Positions 36,853-49,498 of a stretch of DNA of 51,238 bases are shown piece by piece (within the stretch, counting starts at the first letter, position 1; each line of letters starts with the position of its first letter). The position numbers and the translations under genes are program-made. Source of the stretch: Peribolospora baueri (lineage: Eukaryota); assembly GCA_029717555.1 (NCBI GenBank), contig JAMDHS010000122.1, positions 1 to 51,238 of the forward strand, given 5' to 3'. The notes under the pieces are model-generated. The model worked only from the letters and a program-made list of their open reading frames with translations, did not search any database and was not told the origin of the DNA.

Positions 36853-38421
36853 CTAGAGCTTCGCCTTTGCATCCTCCTCCTCCTCCTTCTCCTCCCACCG
36901 ACACTCTTCCCCAATCCAAACCCTAGCGCCGACCGTACCTTCGTCCGCCTTGCGGATCTTGAGATCAGGCAGGACGAAGCTCGCCCCCGCCGCCCCATCC
37001 ACGCTGCTGGCGCCTGAATCCAGTCCGCGCCGGTCCAGGCCGCGAACGACGAGTCCTCCGCCGAGGGAGCGGGGGCGAGGGGTGACGAGCATGCGGTTGA
37101 GCGGCGGCGCGCTTGTCGTCTTCTTCTCCGTCGACGCGGATGCGAAGGAGGAGTGAAGGTGGTCGCCCTGCAGGACGAGTGGGAAGACGGGTGAACCGTC
37201 TTCATCCTTCGACGGCACTGCGGCCTGGATGACACCCTCTGGCTCGGTGGTCGAAGGTTTCGTCCATCCCCCTTCACCGGGTGAAAAACGCAGTCCGAAC
37301 CTGACATCCTCGACGGTCTTAAAGGGTAACAGGTCGGCGAGGATGTAGAACTGAGGCGGGTAGAGCGTGATCTTGTCGTGCAAGGCGAGGGAGATGGCAC
37401 GGAGCGGGGTGAGGAAGGAGAGCGAGGTCGTCTCGGTTCCGTCCGGAGCGAGGACAATCTCGGAGCGCGACGTCGTCCCATTTTCTGGGTCAGACGGAGA
37501 CGGAGGGGTGGCGGCGTCGCCGGAAGAGGCGAGCCGAAGCAAGCCGGCAGGACCGAGCGCGTCGGGCTGAACGGCGGTGATGAAGAACTGGGCGTTGAAG
37601 CGCTTCCCGGGAACGGTGCGCGGAGTGATCCAGTTTGTATGATGGAGCAGCGTCGGGAGGGGAAGGCCTTCAGGGGCGCCTGAAGATGAGGTGGACAGGC
37701 GAAGGAAAATGTTGGTCAAGAGAGGACAAAAGGCTGTTGGATCGTCGTGGACCTGTGATGACGCGAAAAGATGGCGGTTTAGATAACCTAGACTACGCAG
37801 CCGGGGGAGAGATAGAGACGTCGGATAACTCACCCTCTCTCTGAGATTCTTCCAGCCGTTCTCCGTCTCGCCCACGTCGGCGCACCCGACGGCGCGGGTC
37901 ATTCCCGCGCGGACCTCCGGAGGCGCTGATCCGAGTATCTGTTCCTGCGGGAAGAGCATGAGCCCGGTCTCCTCAAAAGTCTCCCTCAGCGCGCACACGA
38001 CATGGTCCAGCATTCCCCCTCCCCCTTCCGCTGATGGAGATCCGTTCTCGGGCGCGTCGCGAAGGCGCTCCTTGGCGAACGCGGCGTCAGCAGCGTCAAG
38101 GGCGCCGCCAGGAAAGACATGGGCGTCCCTGAAGCTGCTGCCGTCTCGAGCTGTGCGGCGGAGCATGAGGACCGTGTAAGAGTAGCCATCTGGGGCCGGA
38201 CGGGAGAGCGGGCAGAGGACGATGAGACTGGCGGAGGCGATGGGCTTCGCGGGCTCCCTCTTTGGCTTGGGGGCGCCTGTGGTTGACGGGCGGGGCATGG
38301 CGCGTGCGGGTGCTGAGTACGACGCTTGCGATCGAGCGTGAGACGGTAGAGGCGGTGCTGCTATTGACGACGCGAGTCGAGAACAGGATAGAGGACGGAG
38401 GAGGACGAGCGATGCTCGCAT
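36853..38421 (-). CDS. Nudix hydrolase, NUDT19/RP2-like (acyl-CoA diphosphatase family); probable in-frame intron ~37752-37832
   Basis: ASASLIVL...VLMLRR...SSFRDAHVFPGGALD...CALRETFEETGL (interrupted Nudix box), NWITP...KRFNAQFF, PDGTET, ITLYPPQFYILADL. Arg/Ser/Leu-rich N-terminus and C-terminal AKL. Confidence 0.88.
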   Translation of the reverse strand: MRASLVLLRPLSCSRLASSIAAPPLPSHARSQASYSAPARAMPRPSTTGAPKPKREPAKPIASASLIVLCPLSRPAPDGYSYTVLMLRRTARDGSSFRDAHVFPGGALDAADAAFAKERLRDAPENGSPSAEGGGGMLDHVVCALRETFEETGLMLFPQEQILGSAPPEVRAGMTRAVGCADVGETENGWKNLRERVSYPTSLSLPRLRSLGYLNRHLFASSQVHDDPTAFCPLLTNIFLRLSTSSSGAPEGLPLPTLLHHTNWITPRTVPGKRFNAQFFITAVQPDALGPAGLLRLASSGDAATPPSPSDPENGTTSRSEIVLAPDGTETTSLSFLTPLRAISLALHDKITLYPPQFYILADLLPFKTVEDVRFGLRFSPGEGGWTKPSTTEPEGVIQAAVPSKDEDGSPVFPLVLQGDHLHSSFASASTEKKTTSAPPLNRMLVTPRPRSLGGGLVVRGLDRRGLDSGASSVDGAAGASFVLPDLKIRKADEGTVGARVWIGEECRWEEKEEEEDAKAKL

Positions 38422-38968
38422 GGGGGACCGAGGATGACTATGAAGGTGAAAGTTGGTGGTCCAAGCGCCGCCGCCCCCTTCGCTTTCTTCTTCCCCGCAC
38501 ATTCAGCCGGCCCGGCTGCTGGCCGTCTCCGGCCCGTGCGCTGATCGGCACGTGATTCCGCGTCTACTGCGGCACCTCCACCGAGCCCCTGAGCCTCGAG
38601 GAGGGCGCGGTGGACGTTGGACTTGGGGCAGTCAGTTGAGCCATCAGTGGAACATCCTCGCCGCCTTCTTCTACTCCCCCTTCTCCTACCAGGCCTTACC
38701 TTTGCCAGCTCAACCGGTGCACCGCTCGTGTTGCGTGGCGTCTCACCTCTGAGCGGATCGCCGCGCTCACCGTGCTCGCCGTTTGCTTGGTCCGCGGGGC
38801 GAAGCGAGGGGAGCGGCATCGACGGACGACCTCTTCGACGCTTCGACGTTTGACTTGACGACACGACTTGAGCAGATACGATACGACTCCTCTGATATCC
38901 TCTCTCGGATTGACTACCAACCGCTTCTGGGCGCCCTCGAAACGTTGTCCGCAACGAAACGTCACGCA

Positions 38969-41900
38969 ATGTTCGCTCCACCCTTGCGGCCCTCGTTTTC
39001 AACATCGATGGCTCGGCCGCCATCTAGAGCGCGCACTCTGTCCTGGTCCCACCCCACCGCCTTGCCTCCTCCGCCCTCCGCCATCGACTCCTACCCAGAT
39101 CTCGCCGAAGCACTCCTCTCTACCTCACCGGGCGACAACGGCCCGTCACTGAACGTCCAGGAAGGCGGGCCCGAACGCCCTCTCTCCCTCGACGCCGTCA
39201 CCAAACACCCGAAGCTACGCCTTGAGATTGTCTCGGGCAGCACCATCTTCAGGGCCGGTGGGGAGATCACCGGGAGGCTCGAGGTCGGCTGCTCGGCTAG
39301 TAAAGGCTTGAGGCTCGGCGAGATCGGCATCGAGGTTGAAGGGGTCGAGGGTGAGCTTGAACGCGTATTAGCGGACGACTCTCCTTGAAATTTTGCATTT
39401 CGATGACCGTGTTTTGGCCCTTGTTCTCTGTCCGTCCCCGCTCCCTTTTTCAGAGCTCACTTCCCGCGACCACGCGGCGACCCAGTCCTTCCTCTTCTCC
39501 CACCTCCTTTTCCAAGGCGAGCATCTCCCTCCGTCCAACGCTGTTCTGCCGAGCGCGCCTACAGGTGGGTACTGGACGGCGCGAAAGGGAAAGACAACGT
39601 TCCCTTTCGCTCTCAAGATCCCTCTCACTTCCCCTTCCTCGGTCGTGTTTGCCGGCAACGCCTGTCTCCGTTACACTCTCAAGGCGACGGCGCAATGCTG
39701 GTGGAACGACAGCAAGAGCGTCGTGACCGCACGCAGGGACGCGTTTGTAGTGGAGCAGTGGCATGATCAGTTCAATCCCATATACAAGCAGCCCATCGAG
39801 GTCGTGGGTGATACGAGGGTCTTCATGGGCGGACACGGCGCCATCTGGCTCGAGGCTGGCCTGACGGAGAGGCTGTTTTGGGGAGGAGGAACGATGATCG
39901 TTCGGATCGGGGTCAAGAACAACACGAGGAGGACTGTTAGTGTTGCGTTTGCTCTCCTGCCTCCCACTTTTTTCTGACCGAGGGCTAATGACCAAACTTC
40001 CACCTCCGTTCTGCTCAGATTTCCGGCGTGAAAATCAATCTCGCCCGTAGGCTTGTTTTTCCCACCGCCTCATCCTCTTCTGCGCCCCCTTCTGCCGCAC
40101 TAGCGCCGCAGATCACCGAGGTCGTCTCAGAGTCCAAGTTCCACGGTCGCGAATACGAGTTTGCAGCCGGAACAGAGGCGGTTACGAATGTCAATGTCGA
40201 GGTGCACAAGGACCTTAGGACGGTCAGGAAGACGAAGACGTTCGAGGTGCAGTGCTTGGTGTTGGTAAGCTTGATGCTGGGCACTTTCGCGTGGGTATTT
40301 CTTTCCTCAGCACGTCTCTCACCTCGCCTCTGCTTTTGGGACGACGAGTGGGCTCACTATGTGATGGTTTGACTTTGCGCTGCTCGTATTCAGCAAGGAC
40401 CTCACCGTCGAAATCCCCGTGTACGTCGCTCACACGGCGTCCATCCAGCATCCAGCCGAGGCGACGTTGGATGATCTACAGCCGCACCTGCACCACCACC
40501 ACCATTTGCACCCCCATCATCAGTACCCCGACGAATTCGCCCCGCCACCGCCGCCGTCACGCTCTTACACCGCCCCTCAACTCTCCGGCCCTCAATCTGC
40601 GAACCCGCTCCCCTTCCCTCAGCCATGGTTCGGCCAGTACGACCCGTCGGGCATACCTCCACCCGGCAGATCTGGGTCTGCGGCCATGCAGCCTGCCTCC
40701 CCGTACGGAGCGCCGTATCTGTCCGCCTCTCCGGCGGCCAGTACACCTCCATACGACCCGCAGGCGATGCAACCTGCCGTGTCGCCTTTCCAGGGTCAAG
40801 TCCCGCCCGTTCAGCAACTCGCGCAACAGGACTGGCCGCAAGCCGTGTATGCGAATCAGGCTCCTCGACCCGCTTCGAGCCACGAAATTCATGGGCCAAC
40901 GAGTGTTGGAGGATATTTACCTTCTCTTCAAAACGCAGAGCAGATGTACGCCAACCAAGGCCCCTCCCAACAGCAGCATGGCATGCTGGAGATCGTTCCG
41001 TCTCCCTCGTCTCATCCGTCGCCTCTGCAACAAATCGCCTCGCAGCAACGAGCCCAGTCCATCTCTCCTCAACCAACTTCTCCGCAGCAGTTCCAACGGG
41101 ACCGCTTGCCGACCGCTCGGGCTTCGCCAAAGGGTTCGGCGTTCGGTATCACCAATGAGCAGGCGAGACGCTTGTCATTGTCGCCTCCCAGGAAGAGCGG
41201 AGAAGGCCGCAACCCGGCGGGTCCTGTCCAGCAGCAGGGCTCCCCCGGTCCGAGGCCGTCCAGTCGCGAATCAGATCCTGCCGTCACCAAATCCTATCTG
41301 CCTCCCATGCCCATGGCTCAACCCGTGCCCCATTCTCAGTCACCGGCGCAGCTCCAGCCTTCTTCGTCCCCCGTGGAGCCACCGGCCTCCCCAATGGGCC
41401 TGTCCACAATAGACGAGGATGGAGAGTCACAAGCCGGGACGATTCGAAGCGTTAAGCCATCAGGCTCGCTGGCGGGGAGCGTGACGAAAGAGGAAGTGGC
41501 CAAGCTCGAGGCTCTGGCGGATGCGGAGGAGGAGGAGCAGGCGAGGAGGGAGGTGGAGGTGCTGGCGAGGAAGATGGGCATCGAGATCGACCCGAACGAC
41601 GACAAGCCTTTACCCGTTTCGCCCTTACTCAGTGAGCGGCAGAGGGCGCTCATAGCCAACCGACCGAAGGCGAGCGATCTGTTCAGCGCAGCGCAGAAGC
41701 AAGGAAACGTGGAGGCATCCCGTTCCCTTTCGCCCCAAGGACAGCGCGCCCGTGCCGGGAGCCTTCGTTCCGAGGAAGGGCTCCAAGCGTTGGAGAACAG
41801 GCTGAGTAGATCCACATCACGAGCCGTGTCTGCAGCTTCGCTCATACCTCCGCGGCAGGACTCCAACGGTCCCGCGCATCGCCCCACCAGTCCGCTATCG

Positions 41901-43736
41901 CGCAAACGTAGTGGCGAAGCGTGGACGTTGGCGGCCGTGGGCAAGGACAAGGACAAGGAGGGTTCAGCTCTGAGGTCGGAAGCAGAGAAACGCAAGCAGA
42001 AGGAGAAGGAGCTGACTTTGGAGAGGGAGAGGCAGAAAGAGAAAGATGCGGAGCTGAAGCGGCGGATGGAGAGGGAGAAGGCGGAGAAGGCGGAGATGGA
42101 GCGGAGGGAGCGGGAGCGTCTCCTTGAGAGGCAGAGGAAGGAGGCGGAGATGGCGAGGGAAAGGGAGCTGGAGTTAGAGCGAGAGCGAGAGTTCGAGCGG
42201 CAGAGAGGGGCGGAGCGTCAGCGCCGGAGGGACGAGGAGAGGAGGAAGGAGAGGGAGATGGCTGAGCGAGCTGCCGCCGCTCGGGCACGAGAGAGGAAGA
42301 ACAGCGCCACGAGTGCCGTCGCCGACGGTCCGCGACCCTCCGGAGCGAGCGACGGCAAACGAAGCGCCGGTTCGAAGGGAGGCGAACGCAAGATCATCGA
42401 TCCGAAGGAGGCCGCCGAGCTGCGCAAAGGCGCCGTCGGTCGCGTCGGCGATTGGCTTAACTACGCATCTCCTAACGCCTCTGCCAGCCCTGCTTCACCC
42501 GTTTCACCGTCCCCTTCAGCGCTCGCATCAATCCAACGCGATGCGCATCGCAATTCCAAGCCTTCCCCTTCCTCTCCTCCCCCTCCCCCCCCTAAGGCCG
42601 CGCTCGCCTTCCCTCAGAAACGCGCCTCCGTCTCCTCGACAGCCTCGTCGCTTAGGTACAACCTGGTAGATGACGGCGATGACGAGCCGCCGGTCCTATC
42701 CGCGGACTTGCGCCAGCTCATTGACGGCTCCATGTCGTCTCGCAGAAACCTTGGCAAGGCGCTCGAAGAGCATCCTTTCGTCAGGAGGCTGTCAACAGGT
42801 TCGGCGCAGAAGGAAGAGACCGGTTCAAACAGGACCACCTCGTTGGGCCAGCCGTCCTCCCCGCCTTCGCAGGGCTACCGTCGTAGGGCGCGCGTCGAGT
42901 CTTTGCAGTCGCCCTCTGCAGCCGTGTCGGACGTCGGTGTGACTGCGGGTCTCTCGCGCACCAAGGCCGTTCGACGCACGTCTCTTCCCGCTGACGCGAA
43001 GCACGATACATCGTCGCGTCGACCGGAAGCCGACGGGGACGGCGAGGATGCGTCCCAAATTCCATCGTCGGTGCGGGCGATGCTCCTCGCGGCGCCTGAC
43101 CTGTTGTCCAAGTACGACGTCCGCTCGGCGCGTGGTGGAAGGGGAGGACGGGTGACTTCGGCCGCGTCTTTGTGGGCCGAGCGTCTGGCGAAAGAGAAGG
43201 AGGAGGAGGTGAAATCGGTGGCGGTCAAGCCCAAGGCATTGAACGTCGGGCCGTTCGTCGACTTTAGCCGATCTTCGACTGACAAGATCGTCGGCCAAAC
43301 TTCGAGGTCGAACAACGACGCCGCGTCGTCTCCGTTGGTGACTTCTTCGCCCCCGGCGATCAAGTCGCCCAAGTCGCCGACGGCGCATCTGAAGAGCGCT
43401 CCCGCGCTAGGCTTCCTGAACACTACGATGCCAAAGGCACAGTTCTCCGCCACGGCGGCGGCGACGACGACGGATCGCTCTTCAAGGAGGTGGACGGTGG
43501 ACTACCACTCGCCCGGTTCGGCGGCCACGGATGTGACCGGCGAAGACGGGGCGACGAATGCGAAGGCGAAGGCGAAGGCGGACAGGGACGTTGGCGAAGA
43601 AGGGGTGGGAGGGAAAGCTTTGGAGAGGATGACGAGCATGGGAGGCAAGGGCACCACGAGGGCCATCGGGCAGGAAAAGCTGAGGGAACTCAAAGCGCTC
43701 TACGAGAGGCAGGACGGCGGGCTCGCGGGGCGGTGA
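38969..43736 (+). CDS. Arrestin-fold protein with long Pro/Gln-rich, charged coiled-coil and disordered C-terminus; 4 exons, start uncertain
   Basis: IFRAGGEITGRLEV...IGIEVEGVE|EL...WTARKGKTTFPFALKIPLTSPSSVVF...LRYTLKA (arrestin-N), IVRIGVKNNTRRT|ISGVKINLARRL...RTVRKTKTFEVQCLVLVSL|KDLTVEIPVYV (arrestin-C), joined to the 1105-codon ORF. Confidence 0.8.
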
Positions 43737-44803
43737 CGAGGGTGCATCGTATCGTATCGTGCCTGCCACGCCTCACTCGGTCGGATGCACGGGAGGGAGG
43801 GAGAGGAATTGGAGAAGGAAAGAGAGACCGATGATGGATGGACGACTTGACTATACCCCGGCCGCGGGCTCATCCGACTCGCCCGCCACGCCACGCTGCC
43901 TCGGGACAGTTCTTCTCTTCACCCATTCTATTTTCTTTTACAGAACGAAATCCATACCTTCCTCTCTCAAACCTCTCCTTACTTTACTTACTGCCTTCCC
44001 TTCCGAAGCGCTCGAATGGGGGAAATCTCTCCGTTCAGCTCGGGTGTGTGTGCCAGGAAAGGATTCACCTGTTCGTACTTTCCTTTCGTACTTTCGCCCT
44101 GCTCTCCTCCCTCGCTCGCTCGCTCGCCTGCTCGTCGCATGCCGAGAATACATTGCCGCCACAATTTCTTTTTAAAAAAATTATTTCTGAAGGGGTAGGA
44201 CCCAGAGGGCTGCTGGACGCGAAAGGCGTAAAAGAAATGCGGATTGTGCATGGGTAGGTAGCGGTCCTCGGAGGGGACGAACGAACGAGGGACGGACGGA
44301 CGGCTGATTCACGTCTCCAGACGGGAAAAGGACCAAGGCGGACGTACGGACGGACGGAGGACGGGGACCTAGAATACAGATGCGGCGACAAGCGACAGCG
44401 ACGACGGAGAGCGGAGCGGACTTGGGACGGACGCGGGAGGGTAGATAGAAGAAGGAGGGACCGCCGTGTGTCTAAACCCTCGATCGTGCATGGTAAGTAC
44501 GAGTGCCAAAGGGGGAGAGAGAGGGGTGGTTTACCAAAGGGAGAATGAGAGAGAACGGTGACGGGCAAGTCCAGGGGAAGCAAGGATCGGAAAGCGAAAG
44601 AAAGAAAAATCCAGAGGGGAGATACGAACCGAGGGTAAAGCGAGAGAAGACCATTTCATCGAGCGGGGGATAGCAAAGGAAGAGGCTTCTCCTCCATCCC
44701 AATCCCATTCCATTCCATCCCATTCCATCCAAAATGACCGACGCGGGAGAGAAAAAAAAAACCTAGCGGTGAGAGCAAAAGGAAACCGGCGCGGGGGCGG
44801 CGT

Positions 44804-47800
44804 CTAGTTCGGCTGCGGAAGAGGAACCTGGTTGTTGTTCGAGCTCCACGACATCTCCGGTTGGCCCCAGAGCATGAGATAGTCGAAGAAACGGGACGAA
44901 TCGAGATCAGCTGGCCGCAGAAAAGCAAACGGACGGAGCAAAGTGAGCACGATCGCGACGACGGAGCAAAGTGAGCACGATCGCGACGACGGACGACGGA
45001 ACCCGACGAAAAATCGCCCACCATTTCCACCGTTCGTACTGTGGCTTCCCCAGACGTCATCTCCGACCGAACCGGTGAACGAGCCGAACATGGGGTTGAA
45101 CCCACCAGTGTATTGGAGAAGGCCAGCGGAGAGGTTGTGGTCAAAGGCCTCCATACTCCCGACGCCGAGGGCGCTCAACGAGTTCCATTCCGCGGTGGAA
45201 GAGAAGGGGAGAGAGGAGGACGCGTCGGCGCCTAGGGTGGTCGGGATCGAAGACGAGTCGGCGCCGCCCATGCCGCCGGTGGCATCCCCGTTGACGCTGC
45301 GGGGCCCGGAGCCGACGTTGCCGGGGCCGGCGGAAGGGGCATCGGACGCTTGGCCTTGCGAGCGAGCCGCCTTGGACGTCGAGGCGGCGGCCGACTCCGG
45401 AGGGCCGTCCCAGAGGGAGAGCACGGCGGTGAGATATCCAGCGTACGCGGCGGCGGCGCCGGAGCGGTGGGGAGGCGTCCGGCCGGCGACGGCGAAGACG
45501 GAGGCGAGTTTGCGAACCATGATGAGAATGGCGGTCTTGTCGACAAACGGAAAATTGGCTACAACGTCCGGAGGGCCGGTCAGTCAACGCGCAAGGCCGA
45601 TCGATGAATGTGGCGGCGCTTACCAGGATCAAGCTTACTTACCAGGATCAAGCTTTGTAAGTCGAAGAGCGAAGATGGCAGCGTAAACGGCCATGACGAC
45701 CAAGGCGTTGTTGGCAAACACTGGGCGTGCGCGGGGGGTATCAGCGACCATGGCCCATGTCGTCGCCCAGATCTTCGACGAGCGACGATGCCGACTCACC
45801 GAGCTTCTTCTCGCCGATATCATCGAGCATGATGCCAATGATGGAAACGGCGCAGGACCAGCAATCGACATAGACGGCTGGTTTGAACTCTTCGTCGCTG
45901 CCCTTGTCCTCGACTGACTGGAGGACGAGGCTGTTGAGGAGGAGTCGGGCGTGGTAGTAGTAGAGACGGTAGTGGTCGATGGCGACTGCGAGAAGGAATA
46001 CGAGAGGTGTCAGTCGTGGCGAAGGGGGGGCAGCAGCGGCGACGCAGAACGCTCACGCTTGGTGGCAGATGAGTGCTCGCACCACCTCTCTTTCCATCTC
46101 TCCAGGTCAGCGTTAGCATCTGAGGGAAGGTAAGCAAGCGGGCGATGAGCGAGCAGCGAGGGATGAAAGAAAGATAAAAAAAAATAAAAATAAAAAAAGA
46201 TAGGCGAAAAAAGAACGCGCACTCTTGCGAAAGAACTCGAGGCTGGCAAGCCTCCTCTCGACGTTCGCGTTCGCAGGGTCACCGCCAATGATAAAATTGT
46301 CGAACGAATCGACGTGGCGGGCCGTCGTGCGGCGGAGTTTCATCAGACTTACGAGCACCTCGTCCGAGGGGAGTGCGAACTGCCCGAAACGAAAAAAAAA
46401 AAAATAGAACATGTTGGTCGATGATTTTCGGAAGGGCAAAAGGAGAGAGACGGGCGCACTTTCTGCTTGTGCCAGTTGACGCTCTGAACGATGAGCCGAT
46501 CGTCGGAGATCGTCCACGGTCTCCCTGTCTGAGCGCTCAACCTGCGAGCAGTGGGGAGGGCGAAAGGAAAGGAAGGGACGGATGGACAAGGTGAGAAAAC
46601 GCGGGGCCGACACGAGGCGAGCCGGATTGGACGCGGGCGCGCGCTCACATGCGATCGAACAGAAAGAGGCTAAACCACAGCCTCTCCCTGTTGCGCACCC
46701 TCCTCTGCACCTGCTCGTTGCCCAAGGCCGCGTTGCTCGGCGTGACGCGACGATTGACGCCGATCTCGGTCGCGATACGCACTGCCGTGAGCAGAATAGC
46801 GAAAAAAAAAAGGAGAGGAGAGGAGAGGAGAGAAAGATCCGAGGGGATGAGGACAAGACGGAGCGCACGGGAGCGTCAAGCACGCCTTCTACGAGCGGCG
46901 GCACTCACGAGAAAAGCCGACATACTGCCAGGAGCGGTCGTCGACGAGCGTGTTGGTGGGCGGGTAATAAGCGGCAAGGATGAGAAAGCTCTGGGCGATC
47001 TCGACGCTCTTGTAGCCCTCGAGGAGGATATGGGGCAAGAGCACCTCTTTCGTGTGGCTCTCCAGACGCGTCGCCAGCTGGGCGTCTTCGGGCGACGGGC
47101 AAAAGCGGGCGGCGAGGGCGCAGATGACGGTGGTTAGGAAAGCGGAGCGCATGCGAACGTACGTGGCGGTGCAGAGGTAGGGGTCGAGCAGGTTGAGGAC
47201 AGGGTTGACGTGTTCGTAGAAGCTATGCGGGATAGGGTAGAGAGAAGGACTAGATCAGGGACGACGCTTGGCCGAGGGTGGAACAACGATGATGACTTGA
47301 CGACGCTCACAAATCGAACAAGCGCACGACATCGTGCGCTTCGATGAGGTTCAACGCCACCGGATCGAGGGTGGACTCGTCGTCGAGCTTGGAGTGGAAC
47401 AAGCTGAGGTGGAAATAACCCTTTCTGGCAGCTCCCTCCGGCTTGGGCACGACGGCGTCCTCGGCGGCGGCCGTGCCCGCGCCGCCGTCCGGGCCGACGC
47501 CGTTGCCGCTCGAAGCGGTCGCGCTCCGGAAACGATCGCCGAGCCAGGCCGACATGGACGGTCCGCCGCCGTCGTGAGCGCGCGAGCTGCCGCTGCCGCC
47601 GCCACCGCCTCCGTGACGGCCTCGGGACCTGCTGCGGTCCTTGCGCTTCGCGTCGAGGCGGCGCAGAGACGAGGCGGAAGGGAGGGCGGTGTCGTCGCGA
47701 TCTTCGCCGGCGTCCGAGAGGCCAGTGACGGAGACGGAAGTGAAGGACGTCGACCTGCCGACGTTGCCTAACAGACGGGGACGCTTCGGTTCCCTGTTCC

Positions 47801-49498
47801 CCCCGGGGCTGACGTCGCTGGCGTTCGCACCACCACCGCCCTGGCCGGCGCCGGCGGCGGTGGCGCCACCAACGCCGGCGCCGACGGACCATCGGCCGGG
47901 GGCGCCGCTGCGGTTGCGGACGCCGAGACTGTTGTTGAGGGCGGCGGCCGCGTCGTCGGGGCCACCGTTTTCGCCCTCGATGCCAAGCTCGGCGGCGTCG
48001 GAAGCGTGAGCGAGGAGGCGGAGCGGGTTGGAGAGGACCCTGGAGGATTCGAGGTCGAGGTCGGCGTCGTCGACGGACGAAGCGTCCCCCAGTTCGTCCT
48101 CCATCCCGTCCGCCTCGTCGGCCGGCTGAGGGCCGAGTTCGGTGACGCCGCCGAAGTGGACGCTACCGGAAGCGGAGGAGGCGCCACTGCTTGCTGGCTT
48201 CCCTTGCCTGGCGCCGGACAAGTCGACGACGTGCATGGCGGGGGAGTGAGAAGAGGGCGGGGAGAAGAGGGATCGTCGGCCGTGGCCGTTGCGATCGGAA
48301 CAGGGTTGCGGAGGAGGGGCCGACGGGCCGGACGCGGGAGGCTCGAAGAGGTTGCCGAGAGGGCTGAAGGTGGGGGCGTAAGGGTCGGGAGTGGAGAACT
48401 GGGAGAGGCCGGGTATGGTGACGGACGGGCCGGGGTTGGTGGCGATGGACACGCCGCCGTTAGTGGTGGGCTGGGTGGAGAAAGGGTTGGCGAAGTGGGG
48501 GAGGGGGGCAAGGCTGGAGGAGGGGCCGGACGGAGAGTGGCCCTGAGAAGTCGAGGGTCGGCCGTCGTGGATGGCGTACGGATATCGATGAGACTGGGCG
48601 ATGGAGGAGGTTTGAAAGGGATAGAAGGGGGCACTGCGAGGGACGCCGGCTGGAGGTCGGTGGCCCTTGGGCGGGGCGACGTGAGGTGGTGGTTCGGGAT
48701 GGAGATGATCGGTGCGGCTCGAGCTGGGAACGGGGTCGTGGGCGAGGATGGAGGAGGGGCCGTCGGCGCTGTCAGCGGACGCGGAGAGGTGGTCGAATGC
48801 TTTCGGGAACTTGTTCGTGGATGAGCTGGCGGGGACACGGGAGGGAGGGCCAAGGAAAGCAAGTCAGTGCGAAGAGACATAAGACGAAAGAGGAGCGGAG
48901 CGTTTTGTCTTTCTCACAGCTTGCCCGGCTTCCTTCCCCTCTTGTGCTTCTCAAAGTGGCAGTCGAGTTCCTTGCGGGCACACCGCGAGCAGGGTACATC
49001 GCCATCGTTCGGCGTCGAGCACTTGATCTACGGGGGGGGAAACGAAGGAGACGGAAGCGAGTGAGCGGACCGTTTTTTTGTCGCGTATGCTGCTGGATTG
49101 GGTTGGACTGGCTGGCTGACCTTTGCCTCGCGACAGGGCATGCACGCCACCTTTGCAGCCGCCTTTTCCCTTTTTCCTCCTCGAGTGGCGGCGGTGACTG
49201 AGATGGGGCCGAGGGCGTCATGAGCAGGGTCGGGGTTGCCGTCGGTGTGTTCGCCATCGTCGACGGGAGCAGCGCCGGCGGAGGAGGGGGAGGCGGCGCG
49301 TTTAGAATGGCCGTCGCGAGCGCGTTTGGAGCCGGCGGAGGCGTCGTCGTCGGTGGTGGCCATGGTGGAGGGGCGAGGGCGGGGAGGGGACTCTTCGCGC
49401 AGTCCCTGTCCTGGACCTGGACCTGCTCCGCCGTCGTCAGCGCCGGGGGGTCGGGAGGAGATGGAGATGGAGGTGCCCGGGAGGCCGGAGTCGGGCAT
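44804..49498 (-). CDS. Zn(II)2Cys6 fungal transcription factor with fungal TF middle homology region; multi-exon
   Basis: ACMPCREAK|IKCSTPNDGDVPCSRCARKELDCHFEKHKRGRKPG gives C-x2-C-x6-C-x9-C-x2-C-x6-C. Also SNPLRLLAHAS, DPVALNLI...RLFDL|FYEHVNPVLNLLDP...RSAFLTTVICALAARF and GYKSVEIAQSFLILAAY. Confidence 0.92.
44932..44987. repeat. Perfect 28-bp tandem duplication in the last intron of the transcription factor
   Basis: gacggagcaaagtgagcacgatcgcgac x2. Confidence 0.9.
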
